64,000 nt of DNA from Azolla caroliniana (lineage: Eukaryota > Plantae > Polypodiophyta). Positions 1 to 10,404 of the stretch are shown here, in pieces (position 1 is the stretch's first letter; the number at the start of each line of letters is the position of its first letter). The DNA is taken from assembly GCA_043228905.1 (NCBI GenBank), contig JBHGNT010000003.1, forward strand, positions 7,130,001 to 7,194,000, written 5' to 3'. The notes under the pieces are model-generated. The model was not told where the DNA came from. It was given only the letters and a program-made list of their open reading frames with translations, and made no database searches. A program made the position numbers and the translations under genes.

Positions 1-13
1 GTCGGGTTCACCA
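1..13 (-). promoter_or_regulatory. PBS (tRNA-Trp) of element Z; the element continues left of the window
   Basis: Minus strand reads ...CACGACA taattaag TGGTGAACCCGAC, the same PBS as at 15591-15608. It is complementary to the plant tRNA-Trp 3' end (...UUCACGUCGGGUUCACCA). Confidence 0.85.
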
Positions 14-480
14 CTTAATTATGTCGTGAAAATCCGTCACTATGTGCGGATCGTGAGACGGAACCGTCGGGGTTCTAGACTAGAAGGATTTAGTGCAACA
101 TGTACAACACAAGCAAGTTTTAAGCATAAGACAAGTGGGAGAGACAAATCATTAGTTTATTGCAAAAGAAAATCGATTCTTTATAATTTCAGAATCGTGT
201 TACAATGGGTTGGGTATGGAAATGAGAGATTAATTTTTCAAAGGAAGGAGCCAACAACCATGCAAGGAGTGGTTCGATATGAATACAAGAGATAATTTTT
301 GACAAGAAAGATCAAGTAAACAAAGCTAGAAGTTTGATATCAATATGTGAGATAATTTGTTTCTCGAATCCGAGAGGGAAGAAGAAAGAAGGAAAAAAAA
401 AAAAACTAGGAGGGAAAAAATGGGACATATATCGAGCTCCTTGTTGATCCTCCTCCCCAATGTTACTTTGCATGCCCACT

Positions 481-600
481 TTTAGTTGGATGGCCTCTAT
501 TTTTAGTTGCATGGCCTCTGCTTTTAGTTGCATGCTTCCATTTTTAGATGCATGCCTTTTACTTTTAGTTGCATGGCCTTGGCTTTTGGTTGCATGCGAC
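481..600. repeat. ~21-bp tandem repeat x6 (TTTAGTTGCATGGCCT...) inside the Z LTR
   Basis: Units start at about 481, 502, 523, 543, 564 and 585. Confidence 0.85.
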
Positions 601-659
601 TGTCTGTATAATTCGGCCAAATGACACAATCATCCATAAAGTTTAGCCCGTGCACAATC

Positions 660-1330
660 CGTACATACGTCGCAACCAAACCGTAGACGCGTCCGCGCGC
701 AAAAGTCTCGACCGCGTAGTGTACACATCCACGTGCGCGCGCGTCCAACCCGCACCGTGTATGCATCCGCGGGCAAAAGTCTCGACCGCGCCGTAGTGTA
801 CGCATCCATGCATGCGCACACACACGTCCATCTGAAACGTCCACGCGTACGCCCGAAACTTGCACACGCGTGTACATCCAAAGACATCCATGCGCGCGTA
901 CGTCCGAAAACGTCCATGCGGCCAGCACACGCGCGTACGCCCGAAACTTGCACACACGCGTACATCCAAAGACGTCCATGCGCGCGTACGTCCGAAAACG
1001 TCCATGCGGCCATGCACACCGCATCCACACGCGTGCACGTCCAACCCGCACTGTGTACGCATCCGTGCGCAAAAGTCTCGACCGCGCCGTAGTGTACGCA
1101 TCTGCGCATGCGCACACACGCGTCCATCCGAAACGTCCATGCGTACGCCCGAAACTTGCACACGCGCGTACATCCGAAGACGTCCATGCGCGCGTACGTC
1201 TGAAAACGTCCACGCGGCTAGCACACACGCGTACGTCCGAAACTTGCACACACGCATACATCTGAAGACGTCCATGCACGCGTACGTCTGAAGCGTTAAC
1301 ACAGTCGTGCATACACGCGTATGCCTAAAG
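660..1330. repeat. CpG-dense higher-order tandem array inside the Z LTR (88-bp subunit, ~296-bp period)
   Basis: G(C/T)CCGAAACTTGCACAC at 851, 939, 1147 and 1235. AAAAGTCTCGACCGCG at about 701, 776 and 1071. Confidence 0.85.
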
Positions 1331-1450
1331 CATGCACACCACACAATGTAGCCCAAGTCATCTTGAACATTCTGTGCTCCAGACATTGATAGAATGAATA
1401 TGTTTTGGTTTCCCCTATATATTTTGGGTTCCAATGTTGTCCACACGACA

Positions 1451-1961
1451 ACGGCTTCTCGAGAGGTACGAGCTTGATGATGCGCTTCGGTTATTAAAGC
1501 GGGACTTCTTGGAGTGGGTGGAAACCCCCGGGAAGGGGAGGAATGCGTTGGCGCTCCTCCGGGAGTTCGAGGAACTCTTCGCACGGCTCTCAACGTTGGA
1601 CAGGACTGTGCTGGACACGAGCCATATCCTATTGTTTGTCAAATCGGTGGACGTGCGGGATAGGGGCCAGGTGGGTCTCCTGTTGGAGACAAATGATGGG
1701 TTGATGACCGACTGGGCCGTGGTCAAAGGGATCTACAACCGCTTCGACAAACGACGAGAGTGGGGCGACGAGAAGTCCTCGGCGACGGGACCCACCTCGG
1801 CAAGGAAGTTCGACGAGCCTTCGCCGGCACGAAGGGAGGAAGCCCAGGATTGGATTGAAACTGGCCTAGCGTCGACCGGCGCGGCTCTTGAGGAGCTGAC
1901 ACAAATAGTGCGCGACCTGCAGATCGCACAGGCTCGGAGAGACAGTGGAGGGCAGCCACGC
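1451..1961 (+). pseudogene. gag fragment 1 of Ty3/gypsy element A0
   Basis: RLLERYELDDALRLLKRDFLEWVETPGKG...DLQIAQARR aligns with gag of E (15631 onward) and of A1. Confidence 0.9.
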
Positions 1962-2225
1962 TATCGCGTTGTTACGCGCATGCGTGGAGAACAAGGCGGA
2001 ACCACTGGGGTCTTGGACCGGTAGGACGCCATGTAGCTCGTGGCATCCTTCCCACTAAACCGGCCGATCGTACCGACAACCGCCTCGATAGCCCTATCAA
2101 GGGTGCTGGTGCCTTCGCGCACACTCACTATACGGTCCACAGCCGAAGCCATGGCTTCTGCGAGGTCCGACCCCCTCATCTTCTACTCCTCTGCCGCCGG
2201 CTCTTCATGTCGGGTTCACAAAAGA

Positions 2226-2896
2226 TGTCGCGTTGTTACGCGTGTGCGTGGAGACCAAGGCGGGACCACTGGGGTCTTGGACCGAGGAATAGGTGAGAAA
2301 AAGGGAGAGAGAGAGAGAGAAAAAGGGTGACAAGAAGCGCACGGGAACGCGGTCCAACAACACAGGAGACACGAGTTGAGCAGGAGATAGAGTATAAGAA
2401 CGCTAGCGTATGTATATAAATATATGTATGCAGACGACTCGAACAGTTACAGCCGATTAGGTCGGCGAGATGGATGTCAACGCCTGATCACCCACGCACA
2501 CGGGGGAGCAAGATGGAGATTCTGCCGGAAGCACACAGGCATTCCACGGAGCAGAATTAGCCTCTCGAGAACCTGCGCCAAAGAAAGCTATGGAGAACGA
2601 CAGAGAAGAAGAGCTCGGTCCCAGTCCGATAGCACTTCGTCCCCTCACCCCCCTCTAGCCCCGTCTCCCTCTCTTTTATAGCTCAAGGAGGGAGGCCGTT
2701 GACCCGTTTACATCACATTAATTCTTTGTCCTTTCGGACAGAGATACTCCTCGATTCTCCCTATAGAATATTGCTACCTAGGATTAGACTTTTGTGCCTA
2801 CCTATCTACTATACAACAAGGGGCGTGCCCACGTGTAAGGGCCGATTCACACACGCTATACACGGTTTGCGCCTGGGGACGGTTTTCTTCACGACA
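2226..2896 (-). repeat. Internal (shared) LTR of A1
   Basis: Minus strand TGTCGTGAAGAAAACC...AACGCGACA, preceded by PPT TAGGTGGGGGCGGA and followed by a PBS. Confidence 0.9.
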
Positions 2897-2972
2897 TCCG
2901 CCCCCACCTAACCGCGCATCCACTGGTATGCGCCAAAATTGGGTTCCTACTGGAGAAAACCGGTCCTTGCTT

Positions 2973-5900
2973 TTATTCCTCGTTTACCGGTTCGTCCTCC
3001 GCCTCGGGCTGCTCATCGTTGCTGTCCATGCCCCCTAGCTCCGGCTCACCGTCATGTCGTTTCTTGAACGCTTTGATCCTCTTCCCCGCTACTGGTATCG
3101 CCATTCTCGTACCGTCGAGCTCCGCGAGATGGTACGTCCATTGTCGTTGGCGCCTGTTACTACGTAAGGCCCGAACCACCTCCTCGCAAACTTCCGCGTG
3201 GCCCTGTGCTGATTGTCGAGGCTGTTGTCGTAGACTACCACCCAGTCGCCTTCCTCGATCTTCCTTGGCCGGAGCCGGTGTGTTCGGTCGAACCGGTCCT
3301 TGTTCCTTATCCTCGCTACCCGAAGTTTCTCCGCGGCTCGCTCTACGTCCTCCGGCCTCCGCTCGAGCTGTCGAATCCGCGCCGCCAACAGTTCCTCCTG
3401 GCTCATCTCATCCCTCCAGTCCACTGTGGCCCACGAGGAGAGCGTTCGCTCTGTTGGCATGATCGGCTTCTGTCCGAACATAAGCTCTGCCAGCATGAAC
3501 CCGGTTACCGAACTGTGCGTAGTTCGGTCTGCCCACAAGGCATAAGGTAGCAGCCGTGGCCAGTTCCCGACTTGGCCTCCGCACGCCCGTACTAGCGCTT
3601 TGACAATCAGCCCGTGTCCGCGCTCTACCTTCCCGTTCGCCTCCGGATTGTACGCTGTGGTGAGCGAAAGTTTGACTCCTCGGCCTCTTCTGCGTCCAAC
3701 TCACCACGGTCAGCCACGATCTTCCCTACGCACCCGTATCGACATACCACGTCCTCAACCAAAAACCGGCACACGGTTGCAATCGTCTTGTTTTGCAGGG
3801 CTCGGCCTTCAACTTGGTTCGTTAGATCCTCCCGAGCCAGCACCAGATACCGCATCTGTCCTACCCCCATTGGCATCGTCACCAAATCCACCATCTACTT
3901 GAAGTGGATGGTCGGAGGGTAGGTCGGGTGAAGCTCGTCCCGGTGTCGGATCATGGAGTGCAACTGACAGCTTTCGCAAGTCGTCACGAACCGATGCACG
4001 TCCCGGTATAGTCCCAGCCACCAGTACTTCCCCTTTAGCTTTTCGAACATGGCCCACGTTCCACGGTGTCCAGCCCAAGGACTATCGTGGTACGCCACCA
4101 GCAAATCCTCATGTTCCTCCTTCGCCACCACTCGGAGCGGGATGTCGTTCCTCTTCTTCGCATGCTTCCATATGTACCCGTCCCAGAGAAAGAATCGGTA
4201 CTCTTTCTTCCAAATCCGGTTGGCCTCATCCTTTGTCCATGCCGCGTCCGGTGTCATTGTTTTCAGGAACCCGCCGATTTGCAGCCACTCCTCGTTGTAC
4301 TTGCTCTCGTCGAAATCGTTAAGCGTTGAAGTGCATTCCCTACCGGTTGTTACGTAAGCCGCCTCGAAGAAGTCCACGCCGACTTCCTCGTCCTCCGAAA
4401 CCATGCCGCCCTCGTTTTCGAACCTCGCCCTTGAAAGCATGTCGGCTATGGCATTGTCTTTCCCGGAAATGTGTCGTATTTCCGGATTCAGGGACTTGAT
4501 GTACGATATCCATCTGAGCATTGCCAGGTCCGACGTCGCGCATTCGGAAACCATGCCAAGAATTGGGAGGCAGTCCGTCTCGATAATTACCTCTGTCCCG
4601 ATCAGGTAGTCTTTATCGGCCTTTACCGCTGAAACGACACCCCAAAGCTCGCGTTTAACCTGGGCGTATCCTCGTTGTCGCTCGCTGAGGACCTTCGCGC
4701 CGAACCGGATCGGGAAACGCATGTCGTTCTCGTCCTCTTAGTTGACGACCCATCCGATCCCGGTCGGACTCGTGTCTACCGTTACGTAAATTGGATTGTC
4801 CTTTCCGTAGACAGCCTTTCGGAGCGTCGGAGCTGCGGCAAGTGCTTCCTTCATCTTTCGGACAGACTCCATATGCTCGTCTCTCCACTTGAATTTTCGC
4901 CCCTTTTTCAGCAACCCGTATAACGGTTCCGCGACGTGGGCGTAATGCGGGATCCATATGTGGTAGAACGCGCATGCTCCCAAGAACCTCCGAACCTCCA
5001 TGACCGAGCTACAATCGTGCTTCATCGCGGAGATGGCTTCTACCTTAGCCGGAGACGGTTTCCGGCCGTACGACCTGCATAGGTGTCCGACGACCATGAT
5101 CTCTGATTGCCCGAAGGCCGATTTTTCCCCGGAGAAGGTGAGCCTCACGCCCTCTAACCTCTGCAACACCTTCTCGTAGTCGTCGATGTGCGTCGCCACG
5201 AATTTCCGGCACTCGTCCGGTCCGATCGTCTCGTCCTTTTCCTCCACCGAGCATCCCTTGATCGGGATATCGTCCAAAAACGGCACGGTGATGTCCGAGA
5301 TACAATCCCTCAGCACCTTGTTCATTGCGTTCACCATGTGAGCCACCAAGTTCGTCCCTCCTTGCGGTAGGGTACACATCCGTACTAGGCCGAGAGGAGT
5401 TCGCATTGTCGTGATGTCTCTGCTCTCTATGGCTAGCTGGAACTGATCGTACCCCGAGTAGAGATCACCGACCGAGTAAATCGACCTTCCGGCGAAGGCC
5501 TCCGCGAACTCATCTATTGTCGGTCTGATTCCTGCGTTTCGAATGGTCACCTTGTTGACCGACTGCAGGTCTTGAATAAAGCGTAGCGTGCCGTTCTTCT
5601 TTGGCACGGTAAACCACCGATTCGAGTATGGGGCACTCGACGGTTCGAGGATGCCCATCTCGACCTTCCGCTTTAACAGCTCCATCAACTTCGGGATGTG
5701 AGCTCTGGGTACTGGAATCGGTTTGAGACTCCACGGCACATGCGATACAGTGAATATCACCATCGGTTCCACGACTGTCAGGTCTACGCACCCGATCTCC
5801 TCCGGTGAGAATGTGAAAGCCTTCCCGTGCCTTCCGAGCATTCCCCGAAACCGGTCCTCTTCCGCCAGCAGTAGGAAGCCGCCCCCACTGATTTTGAGCT

Positions 5901-6440
5901 CTCGTAGCGTTATGTCGGTGAACGTGTGTCCTATGCGGGCCGGATTTCATAAACTCGGGTCCGACGCAACCCCCTTTATTCGCAATTCGCTGCCCTCCGG
6001 CAAGGGAGCTTCGACTGGCCTCACCTTCCGGTCCACAGTCTTGTACCTCGTGTCCACCCGGGCCGTCTGATCCGACTCGAGCCCTCTATTGAAGTTCGCG
6101 ATGACTTCGTACATCCTTTATGAACATACCGGAATCGTCCGGTCCTCTTCAAGGACTCCTCCGACTACCTTTCGCAGCTCCCCCAAGGTATCGTCGAAAG
6201 AGACCGCCTCCACGGCTACGTTGATTTCCTCTCCAAGGCCGAGGATACCACATGCCCGAAGTCGCTCCTCCACCCTTTTCTTCTTCCGGCCAACGATGTC
6301 GACTATCGTACACCCTCCGTTGTCGGAGAACCAAAATTTCCTACTTATAGTATAGGTCTTCTTCGCTATCGTACACTTGTGGGGTTTTCCCGGAGTGTCC
6401 GGACTATCGCGGCCCCATGCCTTGATAGCCCTCTCTAAAA
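2973..6440 (-). pseudogene. pol of A1 (RT-RNase H-integrase), disrupted
   Basis: RT motifs GDLYSGYDQ, LPQGGTN and FLDDI. RNase H DTSPTGIG and KRELWG. Integrase GHRG...CESC. Several stops and frameshifts. Confidence 0.93.
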
Positions 6441-8561
6441 GTCCTCTCGGCTTTCGCCCCCGAGGGTCTCGTGGTTCCGCTCATGGTTCGGACTCACCGT
6501 CAGGAACTGGACCGAGTGACGCCCATCCTAGCTCTTGACCCTTGCATAGGCCGAGCCGTTGTCCAACACCTTGGTCTCCATCCGTGCTGCCGTGATGTAC
6601 GGTTCTCCTAGTATAACCGGATGTGAGGATGTCTCCTGCACGAAGAAGTGCTGGTCAATCTTGACATCGCCGATCTTTACTCGTACATTCGGGCAGGCTC
6701 CATGCAGTTCTTCGGTGGCACGCATCGTTGCCCATATTTTCCACCCGTGCTTGGTGTTGATCGGCCATTTCCCCTTCTTGTAGAAGTCCATGGACATCAA
6801 ATTGATTTCTGAACCGTGGTCCACCAACGCCACCACCGGTTCATGAACATCTCCAATCTTCACGGGGGTCTCTGTGGTCGCTCTGGCCCAGTGCAGCCTT
6901 GAATAGTGGCTCTCTGCCAACTCCTCTTCTAGCACCATGTTCTCTATGTGCGTTGTCCGCACCTCCACCGGCTTCTCCGGTTCTGTCTCCGTCGACAACC
7001 TCTTCCTTTTCACCAAGTCTACGATGGAGTCGTGGAACTCCTTCTTGGCGATCCTGAGCACTTCCCTCAGCGACAGTTCCACCTTGCTGTCGAGGATTCG
7101 TTCTTCCAGGACCTTTCGTAGGTCCGTGGATCTTTCGATTTCGGTACCCAGCCGGTACCCGCCCTTCTTGGGATTATCCTGGGCGCCGATTACACCGGCC
7201 TCATTCCGCCTTTGCCCGAATCGAGTTTCATATCGTTGCGAGGGCCCGGCCCCTCCGGTTTTTCCTACCCGCTTGTCCTCCACCAGAGCCTCGTAGTTTT
7301 GACAAGCGGCTTCGACGAAGCCCGTCTTTTCTTCCACCGGGTCACTCCACACGGTTGCCTCCCGGACCCGTTTTTTCGCGTGGTCCGCCTCTTCTCTCCT
7401 TAGTCGTGCGCCGGCGAGGCCTTCTAGTATCGTCGGCCAGAACCCGACTTTGTTCGTCTTCGGGGCCTCACCACCTCCGACCCGAATACTAGCTGACGCC
7501 GAGTAGTGGACGGTCTCCGCGTGACGAGCCGCCGCCTCCTCCATCAGCCTTTTCATACCTCCTCGCCCGGCGTTGAGGTCCAGGGCCCTTCGGGTCTCGC
7601 TGGCGTGCACCCGACCGTTCCACAGGTACACCACGTTGCTTCTCATCGCCTCGGCGAAGTCCCCGCAGTCCTTCTGGATGTGGCCAACCGCGTCACACCA
7701 CATGCACCTGTTTCCAGCCAGAGGATGTCGGTCACGGGCCTGTTCGCCACCATCCCTCCGTGCCTGGACGATCTAGAGATCCTTTACCATCCGTGTCAGT
7801 TCCTCCAGAGCTGCTCCCCCGGACGAGCCCTTGACCATGCCGGTCGAAGCCGATCCGATCTCGAGCCAATCTCGGGTCTCTTCCCTTCGCATTGGTGGTG
7901 TTGGCTCGAGCTTCCTTGCTGCGACAGAGCCCGCCCCTGTCGATCCTTTGTCAACCCATTCCCGTTGTTTGTCGAAACGACCACAGACCCTCTTCACCAT
8001 GGCCCAGTCGGCCGTCAGCCCTTCATCAGTCTCCAATAGGAGGCCTACTTGCTCCCGATCCCGCTCGTCAACTGACTTAACAAACAATAGGACACGACTT
8101 GTGTCCAGAATGGTCCGGTCAAGCATCGAGAGGCGCGCGAGGTGTTCCTCAAACTCCCGGAGGAGCACCGACGCGTTCCTTCCTTTGTCAGGGGTATCCA
8201 CCCACTCCATGAAGTCCCGCTTCGAAAGTCGAAGCGCATCTTCAAGCCCGTATTTTTTGAGGAGCCGACCTTCGAACTCCTCCTAGGTCCGGCTCTCGGC
8301 TCGTACCTCGAGCACCTCCGTATGGATGCCCGGCATCGCCACTCGAGGGAATCCGGCTAGACGCCTCTCTTCCGGAATGTCCCTCATTACCATCTCAGCC
8401 CGGTAGGACGCCAAGTAGCTCGTGGCATCCTTCCCACTAAACCGGCCGATCGTACCGACAACCGCCTCGATAGCCCTATCAAGGGCGTCGGTGCCTTCGC
8501 GCGCACTCACTATACGGTCCACAGCCGAAGCCATGGCTTCTGCGAGGTCCGACCCCCTCAT
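6435..8561 (-). pseudogene. gag-protease of A1, disrupted
   Basis: Start MRGSDLAEAM, zinc knuckle CMWCDAVGHIQKDC, protease LVDHGSEINLM, in-frame stops. Confidence 0.92.
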
Positions 8562-8603
8562 CTTCTACTCCTCTGCCGCCTGTTCACGTCGGGTTCACAA
8601 AAG

Positions 8604-8720
8604 GCCTCTCCGGCGCACGACTGAAGAAGGAGGAAGTGAGTCGCGCAGAGCAGCTGGTCCGGGAGGTCACTAGATGGGACGATCCGGTTGAGGAGAAGAC
8701 CGGTCTCGTGGAAGCCGCGT
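8604..8720 (+). pseudogene. gag fragment 2 of A0
   Basis: LSGARLKKEEVSRAEQLVREVTRWDDPVEEKTGLVEAA. It continues in frame after element B at 41715 (CQNYE). Confidence 0.9.
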
Positions 8721-9274
8721 TGTTGTGATGTTCTATGTCCAATGGGAGAGATTGTGAAATAGTGTGGCTCCACACACATTATAAACATGATTATAAATAT
8801 GAAAATTAGCCTAGGGTCTGATGACATTCAAGTGCATATAGAAGGTTGCAAGCAAGATTTGAACCTTGCACTTCTAAGATAGGAAGCAATTATCTTACCA
8901 CTAAATCTACTACTAAGTGCTTTAGATTTTGTATATTTCCTTCTCATATTTAGTATTCCATAGGAAACAAACATACAAAACCGTGTACACAAAACCATGG
9001 TTTTAGCCTATGGTTTTGAGCATGCCACAAGGAAAACCGTGTGCCCGAAAACCATGGGTTCAAGCCCATGGTTTTGTGCATGTTAGAAGGATAGATAAAC
9101 CTATAAAAACCCTCGTAAGGCTTGTGTAATGGGTGGGGGATCAATCAATGGATGAATCAAACAAATTATGAATCAATCTATGTATCAAATCAAAAATTAA
9201 TAATAAGAAAACTTACTTATCTTATTGGTGATATGTATGTATGTATCTATCTATCTTAAAAACTTCCTCAATTT

Positions 9275-9305
<31 letters not shown>

Positions 9306-9438
9306 ATTCTAACCACATTAGTGCGTCACTTCAGCCGCCCATCATCCATAACCACGAGCGGATAGAGGCCTGGTGCTTGTCCACACTTGTGACGCGCACA
9401 TTTTGACGTTTGGCACGTGTGTCACGCGCCACATGACA
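8721..9438 (+). repeat. 5' LTR of B
   Basis: Direct repeat of 41007-41710 with roughly 20 substitutions by eye plus microsatellite length changes. Contains AAAACCATGGTTTT-type palindromes. Confidence 0.95.
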
Positions 9439-9491
9439 TCTATTTGATGAACCCAACGTGAACAACACAAGGTGGTTATGGGGCATTACGA

Positions 9492-9755
9492 ATGGAGGAT
9501 GCGATTTTGGCAACGTACGACTTAGAGGAGTCGATAAGAATACAAGGTGGTCCAAGGCTCGTGATGCTTCCATTGGTAAGGAAGGCCATCGAAATGATGT
9601 TGCATGATGAAAAGGGTAGAGCGTTGGAGTATCTCAAGTTGGCAAATCAAGTTGAAAGACTATATCAAGAAGTTCTGGATTTGTACGAAGCGGTTTTGAC
9701 ATCAAGTTTCGGGCCTCAACCTTTTCATGGTTTGCTCGATGGTGACGACGATGAA
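9492..9755 (+). CDS. Element B ORF, 5' part (codons 1-88), interrupted by C
   Basis: ATG 30 nt after the PBS. The frame continues at 39424 once C and one ATGAA TSD copy are removed. Confidence 0.8.
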
Positions 9756-10404
9756 TGTTGTCCAGAGGACAGAAATGTAAAATTAGGAAATTAGCAAACG
9801 CCGAGTCCGAGTATCACGGGCCACCGACGGCTCGACTGTGTATTAGGGGAAACGTTATTTAAACGAGGACCAGTACTTCAGAGTGGGAGAGAAGAAAAAT
9901 ATAGGCGGAAGCACTAGCTGAGTCCCTCGTAACTAGATAATCTTGTAAGGTCACCGGCCGTAGGCCGTGTTCTGTAATCATATTTCTGTCGCAGTAATAT
10001 ATCTGATTTGTGCCCAATTTGCTCCATGTGTCTGTGCTTTGATTCATACCTATGATTTCAGCGCCGCCCACGCCTATCAAGATCTCGCTAGTGTTTTATC
10101 TCTAAGCATTGTCTCTCTCACGACGCCTCTGTTACGAGCCTTCACGTACCACGCCCTTGAATATCGATAGCCGCAGATCTATCGAAGGTGTTCACCCAAA
10201 GGAACGGGTAACACAATTTGGCACGCCCGGTTACAGCTGTGAGTGCACAACGAACTTCGTTGAAGGTAACCACCAGCCGCCGTTACGGCGCCCTCTCGCA
10301 CAACGAGGTCTCGGCCACCCGCCCGACGCCCTGAGCCAGTCAAAGGAACTTCCGACTCGGCGGTCACTGACCAATCCTTTCCCGAGCAATCGGAGGCTTC
10401 CCCA

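Larger units (their letters stand above)
22..1450 (-). mobile_element. 5' LTR (1429 bp) of element Z, inserted in gag of A0
   Basis: Bounded by inverted termini TGTCGTG (22) and CACGACA (1450). The PBS is adjacent, and the gag reading frame of A0 starts abruptly at 1451. Confidence 0.85.
1962..8603 (-). mobile_element. Ty3/gypsy element A1, rearranged tandem (PBS-gag-PR-pol-PPT-LTR-PBS-gag 5' piece-LTR tip), with no 5' LTR
   Basis: PBS 8583-8600, gag ATG 8561, pol to 2973, PPT 2897-2910, LTR 2896-2226, second PBS 2204-2221, second gag start 2179, last ~60 bp of the LTR repeated at 1962-2020. Confidence 0.9.

Noticed and set aside
1-13. 3' end of a tRNA-Trp gene
   Set aside because: The encoded CCA and the adjacent TGTCGTG LTR terminus identify it as a PBS on the minus strand.
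660-1330. Possible CRISPR-like array
   Set aside because: There are no unique spacers and no cas genes, and the context is a eukaryotic LTR.
524-1593. Several long overlapping ORFs on both strands
   Set aside because: They are by-products of a stop-poor CpG tandem array inside an LTR.
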